Assembly (NCBI GenBank): GCA_964016885.1 | Contig: OZ024740.1 | Coordinates: 245,582,001 to 245,646,000, forward strand | DNA: 64,000 nucleotides | Direction of reading: 5' to 3' | Source of the DNA: Eledone cirrhosa | Lineage: Eukaryota | Shown: positions 1 through 10,600 of the stretch, piece after piece | How positions within the stretch are numbered: the first letter of the stretch is position 1 | How the letters are laid out: each line of letters starts with the position of its first letter | Program-made: the position numbers and the translations under genes | The notes under the pieces: generated by a model | Database searches by the model: none | The model's input: only the letters and a program-made list of their open reading frames with translations | Told to the model about the DNA's origin: nothing

Positions 1-133
1 CACCGCTAGAGAGAGGCCGACCTGCTGGCCCTTCCGGTCGAGCACCCTTCCGTCCAAGCACCCTTCCGGTCAAGCACTCTTCCGGTCGAGCACTCCCCAG
101 CTTCCGGCCACCGCACACCACACCATACCCACA
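1..133 (-). repeat. 3' LTR of Gypsy element (partial)
   Basis: Near-identical to the right part of 3845-4118; ends at ...TACCCACA (133). Confidence 0.93.
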
Positions 134-146
134 CGCCCCCCTGATC

Positions 147-1174
147 TCAAGGATCAATTTCCCCCTCGTCCTGCTGCATATGAAAGTCTGCTGTCCAGGT
201 TGGTGGTTTGCGACTTCTTTGCGATCTCCGCAGTGTTGGGGCGGCACTTTGGGTTTGCTCTTCCTCGGAGTCCGTTGACACAGTAATTCTACGGACATCC
301 AGGACATGACGTGGTACTCCGTCCACGGACACATTGTTCTGGGAATTTACGGCCGTCACCGTTCCCCTTCCCCATTGAGATGTGCAACGTGCATCTGGGG
401 GCTTAACCCAGACTTCTTCGCCCACCTGCACGAATGCATTCTCTCTCCCCACTGGCCGTTGTGGTGGCGTGCACGGTTGCCGCCACTCGTATCTGAATAC
501 TGCTCTGTGTGGCACCGATTCCTCAACCTGTCCCACCCGAGGGGACATGTTGTACCAGAACACTGCCTCCATTGGTAACATATGGCCCCTTCCGCCATTG
601 CCTTGATCGTCCGGTGGTGTCGCTCCACAATTCCATTTCCGCTCGGCCTGTGCGCTGCTCTGAAGAAACGGTCCAACTTCCATCCATCGAGCATCTCCCT
701 CAGCGCCTCCGAGCGGAACGCTAGGCTGTTGTCCATCAGGAGTTCATCCACAGGGCCCCGCTCCAAGAACACCTCTCTCAACGTCCGCATGATTTCCTCG
801 GCCGTTCCAGTCTTCGTCTCCCTCCATATCGCCATCCGCCCTGGTTCACAGTCGACCATCGAGAGGTACGTTCCCTGGCGGTAGTGCGTTACATCCACCG
901 CCAATCGCTTCCAGTCGCGATCCACCGAGAGGCTTCCCGTTTCGTGCACACCCGGGGCGGGATCAATGGACTGACATCGGACGCAGCCTCTAACCTCCCT
1001 TTGAACACTGTGTCTGTTAACGTCCGAGTCGATTCTCCTGGCTAGGAACAGGATCCTATCCACTCCCATGTGGTGCATGTCATGCAACCCTTTCAGATCC
1101 AACTCGGTCAGCCGACACACGGCAGCTATCTCAGCTTCTACCTCCTCCGGCGCTTCCATCCAGGCTTTCTTCAC
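147..1174 (-). pseudogene. Gypsy integrase (frameshifted)
   Basis: H..HHMG...CVRC zinc finger; core LAVDVTH / LMDNSLAF / NGIVERHHRTIK; continues in a second frame (QWGRGTVTAV...RRSQR..KPP). Confidence 0.9.
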
Positions 1175-1192
1175 CCTGGTTAAGACGTCACC

Positions 1193-2489
1193 CTATTTTT
1201 TCTCTGAGGGCACGAAAACTACGCTCAGCCTCAGGTCGAACTCGGTGGCCAGCTCTCCTAAAGTTCCCAGGCGGCGCTTTATCAGCATCTCCGCCGCCCC
1301 TCTCGTTCGCACTCTCTTCTCACTGGTGAGCACTGATCTCACCCATCCGAGTACAGTAGCCGATTCGGTGCGTATCTCGATGGTGCGCAGTCCCCACCCC
1401 AGGGCGAGGTTCACCCCTCTCAACACCGCGTCCAGTTCGGCCACATTGATGTGATTGCAGTCGTCCTTCTTCCTAAGCCAGGCTGCATCCTCGACCTCAA
1501 CACCTCCCATCTCCAACGTGACACCCAGCGCTATGCTGCTGGCATCGCACCATACGGTCCCGCTCTGCGATTTGGGAACATACTAGCGTCCCCGCACTGG
1601 GTCGTCGGCCTTCACCCTCTCCACGATCTCCTGCATCATGGCCACCGTCCTCTCTCCGACTCTGTCACTCCTCCCGCTCATCTCTTGACATAGCTGCATG
1701 CCGTCCGGGGCCACCCAGCAATCGGGTAGTGACCCACCAACTTTCCACACACCGAGAAAAGCTCCCGCCTACTCATACTTGGGCCCAGTGCTGGAACTTC
1801 ATTTCCCCTCTGGAATACCAAGACGCCCGTCCTGTCTCGCCGTAGCCTAAGTCCCAGCGCGGCTCCTCCCTCCAACGCTTCTGACGGCTTCGCAGCCAGT
1901 CCATACCCCTGTAAATGGCTCGTGACCTCCGCCGCCGACACTACAGACTCGTCCACTAGGATGTCGTCAATGTAAGAATTAGTGGCCCACTTCATCTTGT
2001 CGGCCTTTCCCAGAATGGTCTTGAGGACCGCCGCCATGATCTTCGGTGCGGAGCTCAGCCCGAAACCGAGCCTGGTCAGGCAATATATTCGGCCCTTATA
2101 CCTGACCAGCTGATACTGCCAGAGCTTCTCATCTATATGCAATTGCAAGTATGCCGACTTTAGATCTACGATTGTGGAACCCCTCCCCCCTCATGCGTCT
2201 CCACTCACGCAGGGTTTCCCCCACAGACATCCGTGACCTCGCCACCCGTGTGGTATGACACGTGCTCGTTCAGCTCCCGAAAGTCCAGTACCGGCCTCAC
2301 CTTGTTCTTCGTGGGTTGCGCCACCGCCATTAACGGCAATACTCCGCACTTTACCTCCTCTTTCCAGAGAAGCAGTATGCCCTCTTCAATCCATCTCTCT
2401 ACCTCTCGCTCGAACTCGCTCCCTTCCATGTGTGTTGATAGCAGCCCACTTTGGTCTTCAATGTTGGTGGTTCTCCCTTCCAGTACCAC
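1193..2489 (-). pseudogene. Gypsy reverse transcriptase + RNase H (split by frameshifts)
   Basis: KVRPVLDFRELN, LGFGLSSAP and YIDD motifs; RNase H HINVAELDAV...IEIRTES. Confidence 0.9.
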
Positions 2490-2926
2490 TCAACAACCCA
2501 TCGCTGCCCATCGAACACGACCTTGAAGTCTTTGTCCTGCACAGTGTAAGCGGGGTATTTCTCCTCGTGGGCCTTCTGGTTCTCCTGTCGCGTACTCACA
2601 GCGCATACCGATGCAGCGCCGCCAAACGACACACCGACGTTGTTCACCGTGACGCCTCGTAGACGGCCAATTGCGTCCATGCCCATAACCACGCCGATCC
2701 CATCCACCACGTTGTCGACTACGATGGCAGAAAGCCTTATTTTCCTTCCCCGTACCGCCATCTCCACCTCGCTGCGACCTCGGCATTCAATTTTCCTGCC
2801 GTCGACTGCCCTTACGCTGCTCTTCCCTCTCCACCTCTGTGCCACCCCCGCGGTCACCAGTGTCGTCGTACAGCCCGTGTCCACGAGGGCTCGCTGTGGC
2901 TTTCCCCTCACGAAGACTTCCACCAC
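2399..2926 (-). pseudogene. Gypsy aspartic protease
   Basis: ALVDTGC active site and VVMGMD motif. Confidence 0.88.
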
Positions 2927-3018
2927 GGGCAGCGCCTCTACGCGTAAGGGGCAACTACTGGCGCAGTAGTTCCCCTTGGATCGTTTCCCTGGTCGCAGTT
3001 AGTAGCGATGTGGCCTGG

Positions 3019-3700
3019 TCACTTACACCGGTAGCATATTATTTCCGGCCTTGACTCTCTACAGTCTCTCGCCATGTGCGGGCCCTGGCACCTAAAACAG
3101 CAACCTCTAAACGTTTGCGGGCGACCGCGTGCCGTGGTTGCCTCCCTTTCACTATTTCGCTGCCAGCTGTCTTGAGCATCTGTAGTTGCTATCGCCGCGA
3201 CACTCTTCTTGGCATCTTCTGCTATGATGCGGGCTTGCTCCACCAGTGCACGCATCTCCATTACTTTGTAACCCGGGACTTGCTGCAGTTTCACCGCTAT
3301 GTCGTCTGGAAATCCATTTATGAACGCCAACCGCACCGTGCGTTCGCATTCCACCTGATATCCAGCCAACATGGCCAATCGCCGTATTTCCGCTGCGAAA
3401 ATGTCAACGCGTTCACCGTTCCATCTAATTCTTGCCAGCTTAGCAAAAGCGGCTAACGGTCCCTCCGCGAATGCTTCCATCATGAGCCTCTCAATCGTTT
3501 GCGTATCCCTTTGGCTGTGTTCATCCAACTCAAGGAAGAGTACCAACGCGTCCCCCTCGAGGTACAGTGCCATGAGGCCAGCCACATCTTCTATCTTCTG
3601 TAAGCTTGCGACCAGCCGGACTTTTCGCAGCCAAGCGACAACATCGCCTTCACCGGTAAATGCCCTAATCGCTTCGCTCGTTCGTAGTCTCGTCGCCAGA
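3019..3700 (-). pseudogene. Gypsy gag with two CCHC-type zinc knuckles
   Basis: FTGEGDVVAWL N-terminus; CFRCQGPHMARDC; second knuckle CYRCK*PGHIATNC carries a stop. Confidence 0.85.
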
Positions 3701-3832
3701 TCCTAATTTGACTTGCGGTACGTAATTAAAAAACAACAACAGACTCCTCTCTGTTTTTCCAGTAGGTTTGTTTTCGAGGAAGTTTTTTTTTTTTTTTTTT
3801 TTTTTTTTTTCAATCAGATCTCAGTTTCCAGT

Positions 3833-3844
3833 GCCGAAATAGCT
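3833..3844 (-). promoter_or_regulatory. Putative primer-binding site AGCTATTTCGGC, complementary to nt 1-12 of tRNA-Phe(GAA)
   Basis: Abuts the 5' LTR end (3845) with no spacer. The + strand reads GCCGAAATAGCT, the 5' end of metazoan tRNA-Phe as I recall it. No TGG-type PBS is present. Confidence 0.65.
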
Positions 3845-4118
3845 TGTGGTTAGAAAAATCTACCTCACTTACCGCTTTTCACAGGCGCCGCTAGATCCCA
3901 TCGCTGGTTTCTCCTCTTCAACGTGCGTACAATCCAGCTCGTTAAAACTGGGAACTGCAAAACTCGCGTCCATCACGTTCCTGATCACCGCTAGAGAGAG
4001 GCCGATCTGCTGGCCCTTCCGGTCGAACACCCTTCCGTCCAAGCACCCTTCCGGTCAAGCACTCTTCCGGTCGAGCACTCCCCAGCTTCCGGCCACCGCA
4101 CACCACACCATACCCACA
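3845..4118 (-). repeat. 5' LTR of Gypsy element (274 bp)
   Basis: TGTGG...CCACA termini; matches 1-133, 22299-22568 and 44034-44287. Confidence 0.95.
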
Positions 4119-4944
4119 TTAGCAACTGGAAAGACCAATGGAAGCATTGTTTCCTCGGTCCGATTTTACGAAAGTCGATATACATATATATATATATATG
4201 AATTGAAAAGTAACAAAAGCGCTGTGTGGTTACTAATAAATATTATTTAGAAAACACAAACATAAACACAAGGACAATTCCTGCTCATCGACTGTCTTCT
4301 GTGGATCACTGATGTTTCGAACGTATTAAAGACAGTACATCTCACCACAGTGCATTGATAACTAAAAGGGATAGCTATCCAGGAAAAATCCCCCCAAACA
4401 CAGACGATAACGAAGAGAACAACAACAACAAATAATACCGATAGATTATGGGAAAACACGAGAGAGCAGTACATGTAAGTTGCAGAAGTTAATAGTGAGA
4501 TCGAACATAAGTGCTGAACCCGTATGAACAGCACGCTGAAGAGAGAGAGAAAAAAATGTCTGGTCATAGCGAGAACAGGGGCAAAGAGGAAGAGACGAAG
4601 GAAAACGGAAGTGAGTAGGGGGAAGTGATAAGGGAGCAGAGAGAGGGGTAGGAGAAAGGAGATAGATTGTAAGAGAGAAAAAGAATAAGTGAGTGAGAGA
4701 GAGAAAGAGAGCGAAAAGGAAGAAGGGAAAGAGTTAATATAAATTGGCTGAACTTAAGTTCCAAAATTCTTGGATAAAGTAATGACAGGAGATAAATCAT
4801 GGGGGTTCGAGTACGATCCAGAGACAAAACAATAAAGTGAGGAGTGGCACACAAAAGATCTCCTCGTCCGAAGAAAGTATACATGAGCAGATCCAGGATG
4901 AAAACGATGATTATTATTTATTTTTTTTTTTTTAACAGCCATGG

Positions 4945-5065
4945 TTTTGTTCACAAAGAATTTCTACCCCCAGGACAGACAGTTAATCGCACCTTCTACA
5001 AAGATGTCTTGGAATGACTTCGAAAACGGGTCCAAGTTGAAGTTGAAGGGGCATCATTTTTAGAC
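4945..5065 (+). mobile_element. Mariner transposase fragment
   Basis: Translates VHKEFLPPGQTVNRTFYKDVLE*LRKRV, then KLKGHHF, typical of mariner transposases. Confidence 0.7.
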
Positions 5066-5289
5066 TGGAAAACACAAAAAATAGTAAACTCATAGATAAC
5101 TTATAATTTCATTTACATCTAATATATGTACTTTTAAATAAAACATCAGTACCCTTACTTTATATATATCACTTCACTTTTCTCTTGATCCTCCACGGTC
5201 ATTAGAGGTGTTACTTTGCAGCCTGGCACAGTGAATAATTCTCTAAGCGGACCTGCCGTGGAAGGTTGTGCAAGAGTATGGGATCGATG

Positions 5290-6290
5290 GTCAGCCTCTT
5301 GCTATCCTGGTGTCCCTATAGAATGCCTGAGTATTTGTGTTTGGATAAATGGTGCTAAATCGAAACCATTCAATGTGGGGATCGGACTCTGCCAAAAGAG
5401 CGTACTGTCATCGCTCCTGTTCATTATTTCCATGAACAGGATTCACATGTGTAGCCGGGTTGGAAGTGGTATCATGACTGGTAGGTGTAAAACCATTTGG
5501 CTAGAATTTGCAGAAGACATGATGTTACTTAACTCAACAGAAGATGATCTTCGACTTGCACTTGATAGGTTTGATGCCGAGTGCTGCATGGTTGGAATGA
5601 AAATCAGTGCGGCAAAAACTGAGACACTCGTCTTCTCAAAGGAAGTCTGCGCAGTGCATGCTACACGTGAATGGTGTTCCAGTGAAGCAGGTAGAGAAGT
5701 TCAAGTATCTCGGGGCTGTGTTTACGAGTGATGCAAGAGGCTGAATTAAGTGCAAGAATTGCAGGAGCTGGTGCAGTAATGCGCCAGTTTCAACATTGGG
5801 TAATCAGAAAGGAGTTAGGTGTAAAAGCCAAACTCGCTATCTTCAATTAGGTATTCGTGCCAACCCTTATTAATGGTCGTGCACCTTGGGTAATTACTGA
5901 AAGAATACAATCGCGAATACAACCGGCCGAAATGGGGTTCCTTCAAAGGGTCTTTGCAACGTTACTCAATATAGTGCGTAGCTCAGAGTACAGAGTCATT
6001 CCAGGTAGAGCCACTACTTTTCCAAATTGAAAGATCACAGCTCCGATACCATGGGCATGGGGTTAGAATGTCTCAGGAAAGAATTGCTGGACAGATTTTA
6101 CAGGCAAAACCAACCGGAAGAAGACCCAGAGGTAGACCCTGAGCAAGATAGTTAGATAACATGCATGAGCTGGTCACGCTTTGGGATCCAGCCTGGATCA
6201 GTTACAGATGTTTACTTCTGACAGGACCCTATGGAAGGAATGTTTGAGGACTCTGCCTGTCCTCACGACCCTCTTGGGAATAAGTGAATG
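5290..6290 (+). mobile_element. Degraded, 5'-truncated RTE-clade LINE (RT C-terminal half)
   Basis: GLCQKSVLSSLLF, EFAEDM (YADD equivalent), GMKISAAKT, KFKYLG, QLRY.GH..RM and GRRPRGRP motifs across frames. Confidence 0.82.
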
Positions 6291-6309
6291 AAGAAGAAGA
6301 TATATATAT

Positions 6310-6383
<74 letters not shown>

Positions 6384-6492
6384 AGGAAAATGCGAAGTTC
6401 GGTGTAGATGTTAAAGAGCCCTTTATTAAAAAAGCTGCGATACATATTTCAATGACGATCGCGGCTACGCGGTCACGCAATATCATCAGACA

Positions 6493-7606
6493 TCTATATA
6501 TTAATTTCAACAACGTCAGTATTCCCTGTGTCATAATTCTCGATTATCATTGGTTCATAGGTTTCAAACAACTCCGCCCACCTCAACGACACCAAACTTA
6601 AATTAATACGCATAATGCCAATGAGGGAGTGAGAGGGGAGAGTAAGAAACAGAGAGGCAAAGTGAACGCTGTAACTATTACCATCTGCGCGTATGTTTAT
6701 GTGTGCGTGCGTGCAGCGTTCCACAGAAAGTAAAAACTATCAACATGTGTGAGTGTGTAACTGTGTGTAAGTGCACGGGTGCGTGTGTAAGTTTGCGTTC
6801 GTGTGCGCGTTTCCATGCGTGTATGTGTGTGTACGTGGGGCGTTCCATAATCGCCACGCAGTTTATCTGTCTGTGTGCCTGTCTGTCAGTCTAACATACA
6901 CAGAGTTGTGAAGGGAGTAAATAGGGACCTTTTTTTTATATAGACGGACATCTTTTATATTTATTATTGTGTCATTTTTTGACAATTGCTCGAAATGAAT
7001 ACTGATAATAAAAGCAATTCGACTTTATCAAACAGTGAACTACAGCGGCGACAGCGTACAGCCAGGAATGAAGAAAAATGGGCCGAACAGCGCCATCAGA
7101 ACGCCGAATTTCAGAGGCGAAGACGTGCCGCCATGAATGAAGAGGAGCTGGCTGAACAACGCCAACGAAACACTGGAGCTAAACAGTGACGGCGTGCTGC
7201 GATGGTTGAAGACGAACTGGCTGAGCATCATCTTTTATATTAATTATCTATATCTATATCTACATATAATATAAAAGATTGGAACTTCCATCATCCCTTT
7301 GAGAAACGTGGAACAACCACGTCTATGCAATGATACACGTTTTACAGTCAGACAGAAGATGAACCATCTCCTAGAGGTCACTATTCTATGTGGGAGCACC
7401 TAGAATTGTTTATATACTATGCACAAATGGTACAACGAAGAATCTGGTATATCTGGAAGATTTTTTTTTACTGTTTTCTATATCATACAGACACCACGGA
7501 CTCGCCTCATACTGTAACAAGACAAACATCCAATACAGTCATTTTCTCTTTTACCTGTCTTCTCTTATCATCTGTTTACCCGGGCGAAGCTGGGTACGTC
7601 AGCTAG
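6493..7606 (+). mobile_element. Non-autonomous Helitron (internal-deletion derivative of 7607-13951)
   Basis: Starts A|TC; ends CCCGGGCGAAGCTGGG hairpin + CTAG. Matches the larger copy up to ~8518, then jumps to ~13583 at a CATC microhomology. Confidence 0.88.
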
Positions 7607-10600
7607 TCTATATATTAACTTCAACAACGTCATTATTCCGTGTGTCATAATTCTCGATTATCATTGGTTCATAGGTTTCAAGCGACTCCGCCCACCTCAA
7701 CGACGCCACACTGAAATTAATATGCATAATGCCAACGAGGGAGTGAGAGGGGAGAGTGTGAACACTGTGTTTGATACACTATGTTGTGTGCGTGTGTATG
7801 TACGTGTACGTATGTTTATGTGTACGTGCGTGCGTGCAGCGTTCCACAGAAAGTAAAAACTATCAACATGTGGGAGTGTGCGTGTGTAAGTTTGCGTGTG
7901 TGTGCGCGTTTCCATGCGTGTGTGTGTGGCGTTCCACAATCGCCACGCAGTTTATCTGTCTGTGTGCCTGTCTGTCAGTCTAACATACACAGAGTTGTGA
8001 AGGGAGTAAATAGGGACCTTTTTTTACATTGACGGACATCTTTTATATTTATTAAAACTATCAACATGTGTGAGTGTGTGCGTGTGTAAGTTTGCGTGCG
8101 TGTGCGCGTTTCCATGCGTGTATGTGTGTGGCGTTCCACAATCGCCACGCAGTTTATCTGTCTGTGTGCCTGTCTGTCAGTCTAACATACACAGAGTTGT
8201 GAAGGGAGTAAATAGGGACCTTTTTTACATTGACGGACATCTTTTATATTTATTATTGTGTCATTTTTTGAAAATTGCTCGAAATGAATACTGATAATAA
8301 AAGCAATTCGACTTTATCAAACAGTGAACTACAGCGGCGACTGCGTGCAGCCAGCAATGAACAAAAACGGGCCGAACAGCGCAAACGGAACGCCGAACTT
8401 CAGAGGCGAAGACGTGCCGCCATGAATGAAGAGGAGCTGGCTGAACAACGCCAACGAAACACTGGAGCCAAGCAGCGACGGCGTGCTGCGATGGTTGAAG
8501 ACGAACAGCTGAGCATCATCAGCAGATGGCCAGAATTCAGCAGCAACGGCGTGCTGCGATGGATGAAGAGGAGCTGGCTGAACAGCGCCAGCGCAATACA
8601 GAAGTTCAGAGAATGTGTCGCCAAAGTGCTCCTCATTCCTGTAAAGAGGCTAGAAGGCGAACGATGGATATTAAAAATGGATCATGGCAACCGTGTCATT
8701 TTCAGATTGGTGGACGAGCAGAGTGTCCACATTGTGGAGCATTGCTTTGGAGGCACGAAAAGACGTGGACCACAATGTGCTGTCATCAAGGAGCAGTTCA
8801 ACTAGAACCCTTGCGAATGCCGGATGATGAAGAGTCACCGGAGTTTAAAATACTAAGTATGTGGGGTGATCAAGGAGACCGAGGTAGATTACTGCGCAAA
8901 TATTCGCGGCAAATTAACAATTCATTAGTTTTAGCATCGCAGAGAGTTAGTGAGATGTTTGAGAGTGGAGCATGGCAACCGAATGTAGTCATTCAAGGCC
9001 GTTTGTATCATGGTATCGGTAATTTAGAAGTTACCCCAGGAGAGAGGCCTCGATTCGCTCAAATTTACGTTAACGATCCAGATTATAGTGAATCGGAGGA
9101 GGATATCAGGATCGGTTGGATGAAGTTGCCGGGAAATATAACTGAACTTGAACGACAAAGGTTAAGTGATTTGATCCGTGATTTTCAATCATGACTTAGA
9201 CAGTGTAATCCTTATGTTATGGATTTCATGTTGGTGGCTGAACTGCAAAATGTTCAGCAGCAAACATTGGTGATTAAGGCTGACGCAGTGCCAAGGAATC
9301 AACACGAACGGCGATATAATGCCCCTGAAGGATTTCGTGAAGTTGCTGTGTTCATGGACGATAAAGCCTGGATCGAGAGATATCGTCATCAATCGTAGAG
9401 ATGGTGGTCTCAAGACTATCAATGAGTCAAATAGGGCATACGATCCATTGCATTATGTTATTTTATTCCCAAAAGGTGAAAATGGATGGAACATGTCTGT
9501 TCATTTAGATGATCATGAGAATCAGCATCAACAGGGAGGTGGCAATAGACACAATAATTCGATTCGCGACTTTTACGCGTTCCATTTGAACGAGAGGAAT
9601 CAACAGAGAATTGCGCTATTTCAAGCCAGCAGATTGTTCCAGGAATACTGTTGTATGGCATTCGCAAAGATCGAAAACCAAAGGCTAAATTATATAGCTA
9701 CACATCAGCAACATATCAGAGCTAAATTGTATAATAATGTACAGGATGCGATAATAGCCGATGATGCCAATTACAAGCAAATTGGTCGACGCATCATTTT
9801 GCCATCGTCATTCATCGGCGGTCCGAGATATATGAACATTCGCTATCAGGATGCAATGGCTATTGTCAGAAAGTTTGGAAAGCCAGACTTGTTTATAACG
9901 GTTACATGCAATCCTGAATGGACTGATATTAAGGATGCACTTTTGCCAGGACAACAGCCAAAGGACCGTCCTGATATTGTGGCAAGAGTATTCAAAGGAT
10001 ATCTGAAAAAGATAATGGAGGTATAGTTGCTTCTACATACGTAATTGAATTCCAAAAAAGAGGATTGCCACATGCACATTTGCTGATCATTTTACATAGA
10101 GATTGCAAATTGAGATGTGCTGAGGATGTCGTCAGCGTTGTGTGTGCTGAACTGCCGGAGAATGAGACACTACGCAACTTGGTGGCAAAGTCAATGGTGG
10201 ACAACCAATGCGGCGTGGCAAATCGGAAAGCGCCTTGCATGAAAAATGGCCAATGCAGTAAGCACTTTCCGAAATCTTTTGTCACGAACACTTCCTGGAA
10301 CGATGGGGATGCTCATCTCTCATACAGAAGACGGTCGCCTGCAGATGGCGGTTTGGTCGAAAATGTAAACGGTCGACAGGTTACAAATCAATGGGTTTGC
10401 CATACAATCCATATTTGATTATGAAATATCGTTGTCATATTAATGTGGAAATTTGTAGCTCAGTGAAAGCTTGCAAATATCTATTCAAATATGTTTTAAA
10501 AGGTCCTGATCGGGCAATGATCACTGTCAGGAATGAGGAAGCGAACCAAGGAGATGAAGTTGGCAGGTTACAGGATGTTCGCTCGATTGGATCTAGCGAA

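Larger units (their letters stand above)
1..4118 (-). mobile_element. Ty3/Gypsy LTR retrotransposon, near full length, frameshifted (3' LTR cut by window edge)
   Basis: Direct repeats 1-133 and 3845-4118 (TG...CA). Internal order on minus is gag-PR-RT-RNaseH-IN. Purine-rich tract AGGGGGGCG next to the 3' LTR (134-142). Confidence 0.95.

Noticed and set aside
4255-4400. Repeat shared with ~33410-33530 containing (T/C)CGATGA on minus; possible hammerhead
   Set aside because: Could not build consistent stems I-III, and the second copy lacks GAAA. Treated only as an unclassified dispersed repeat.
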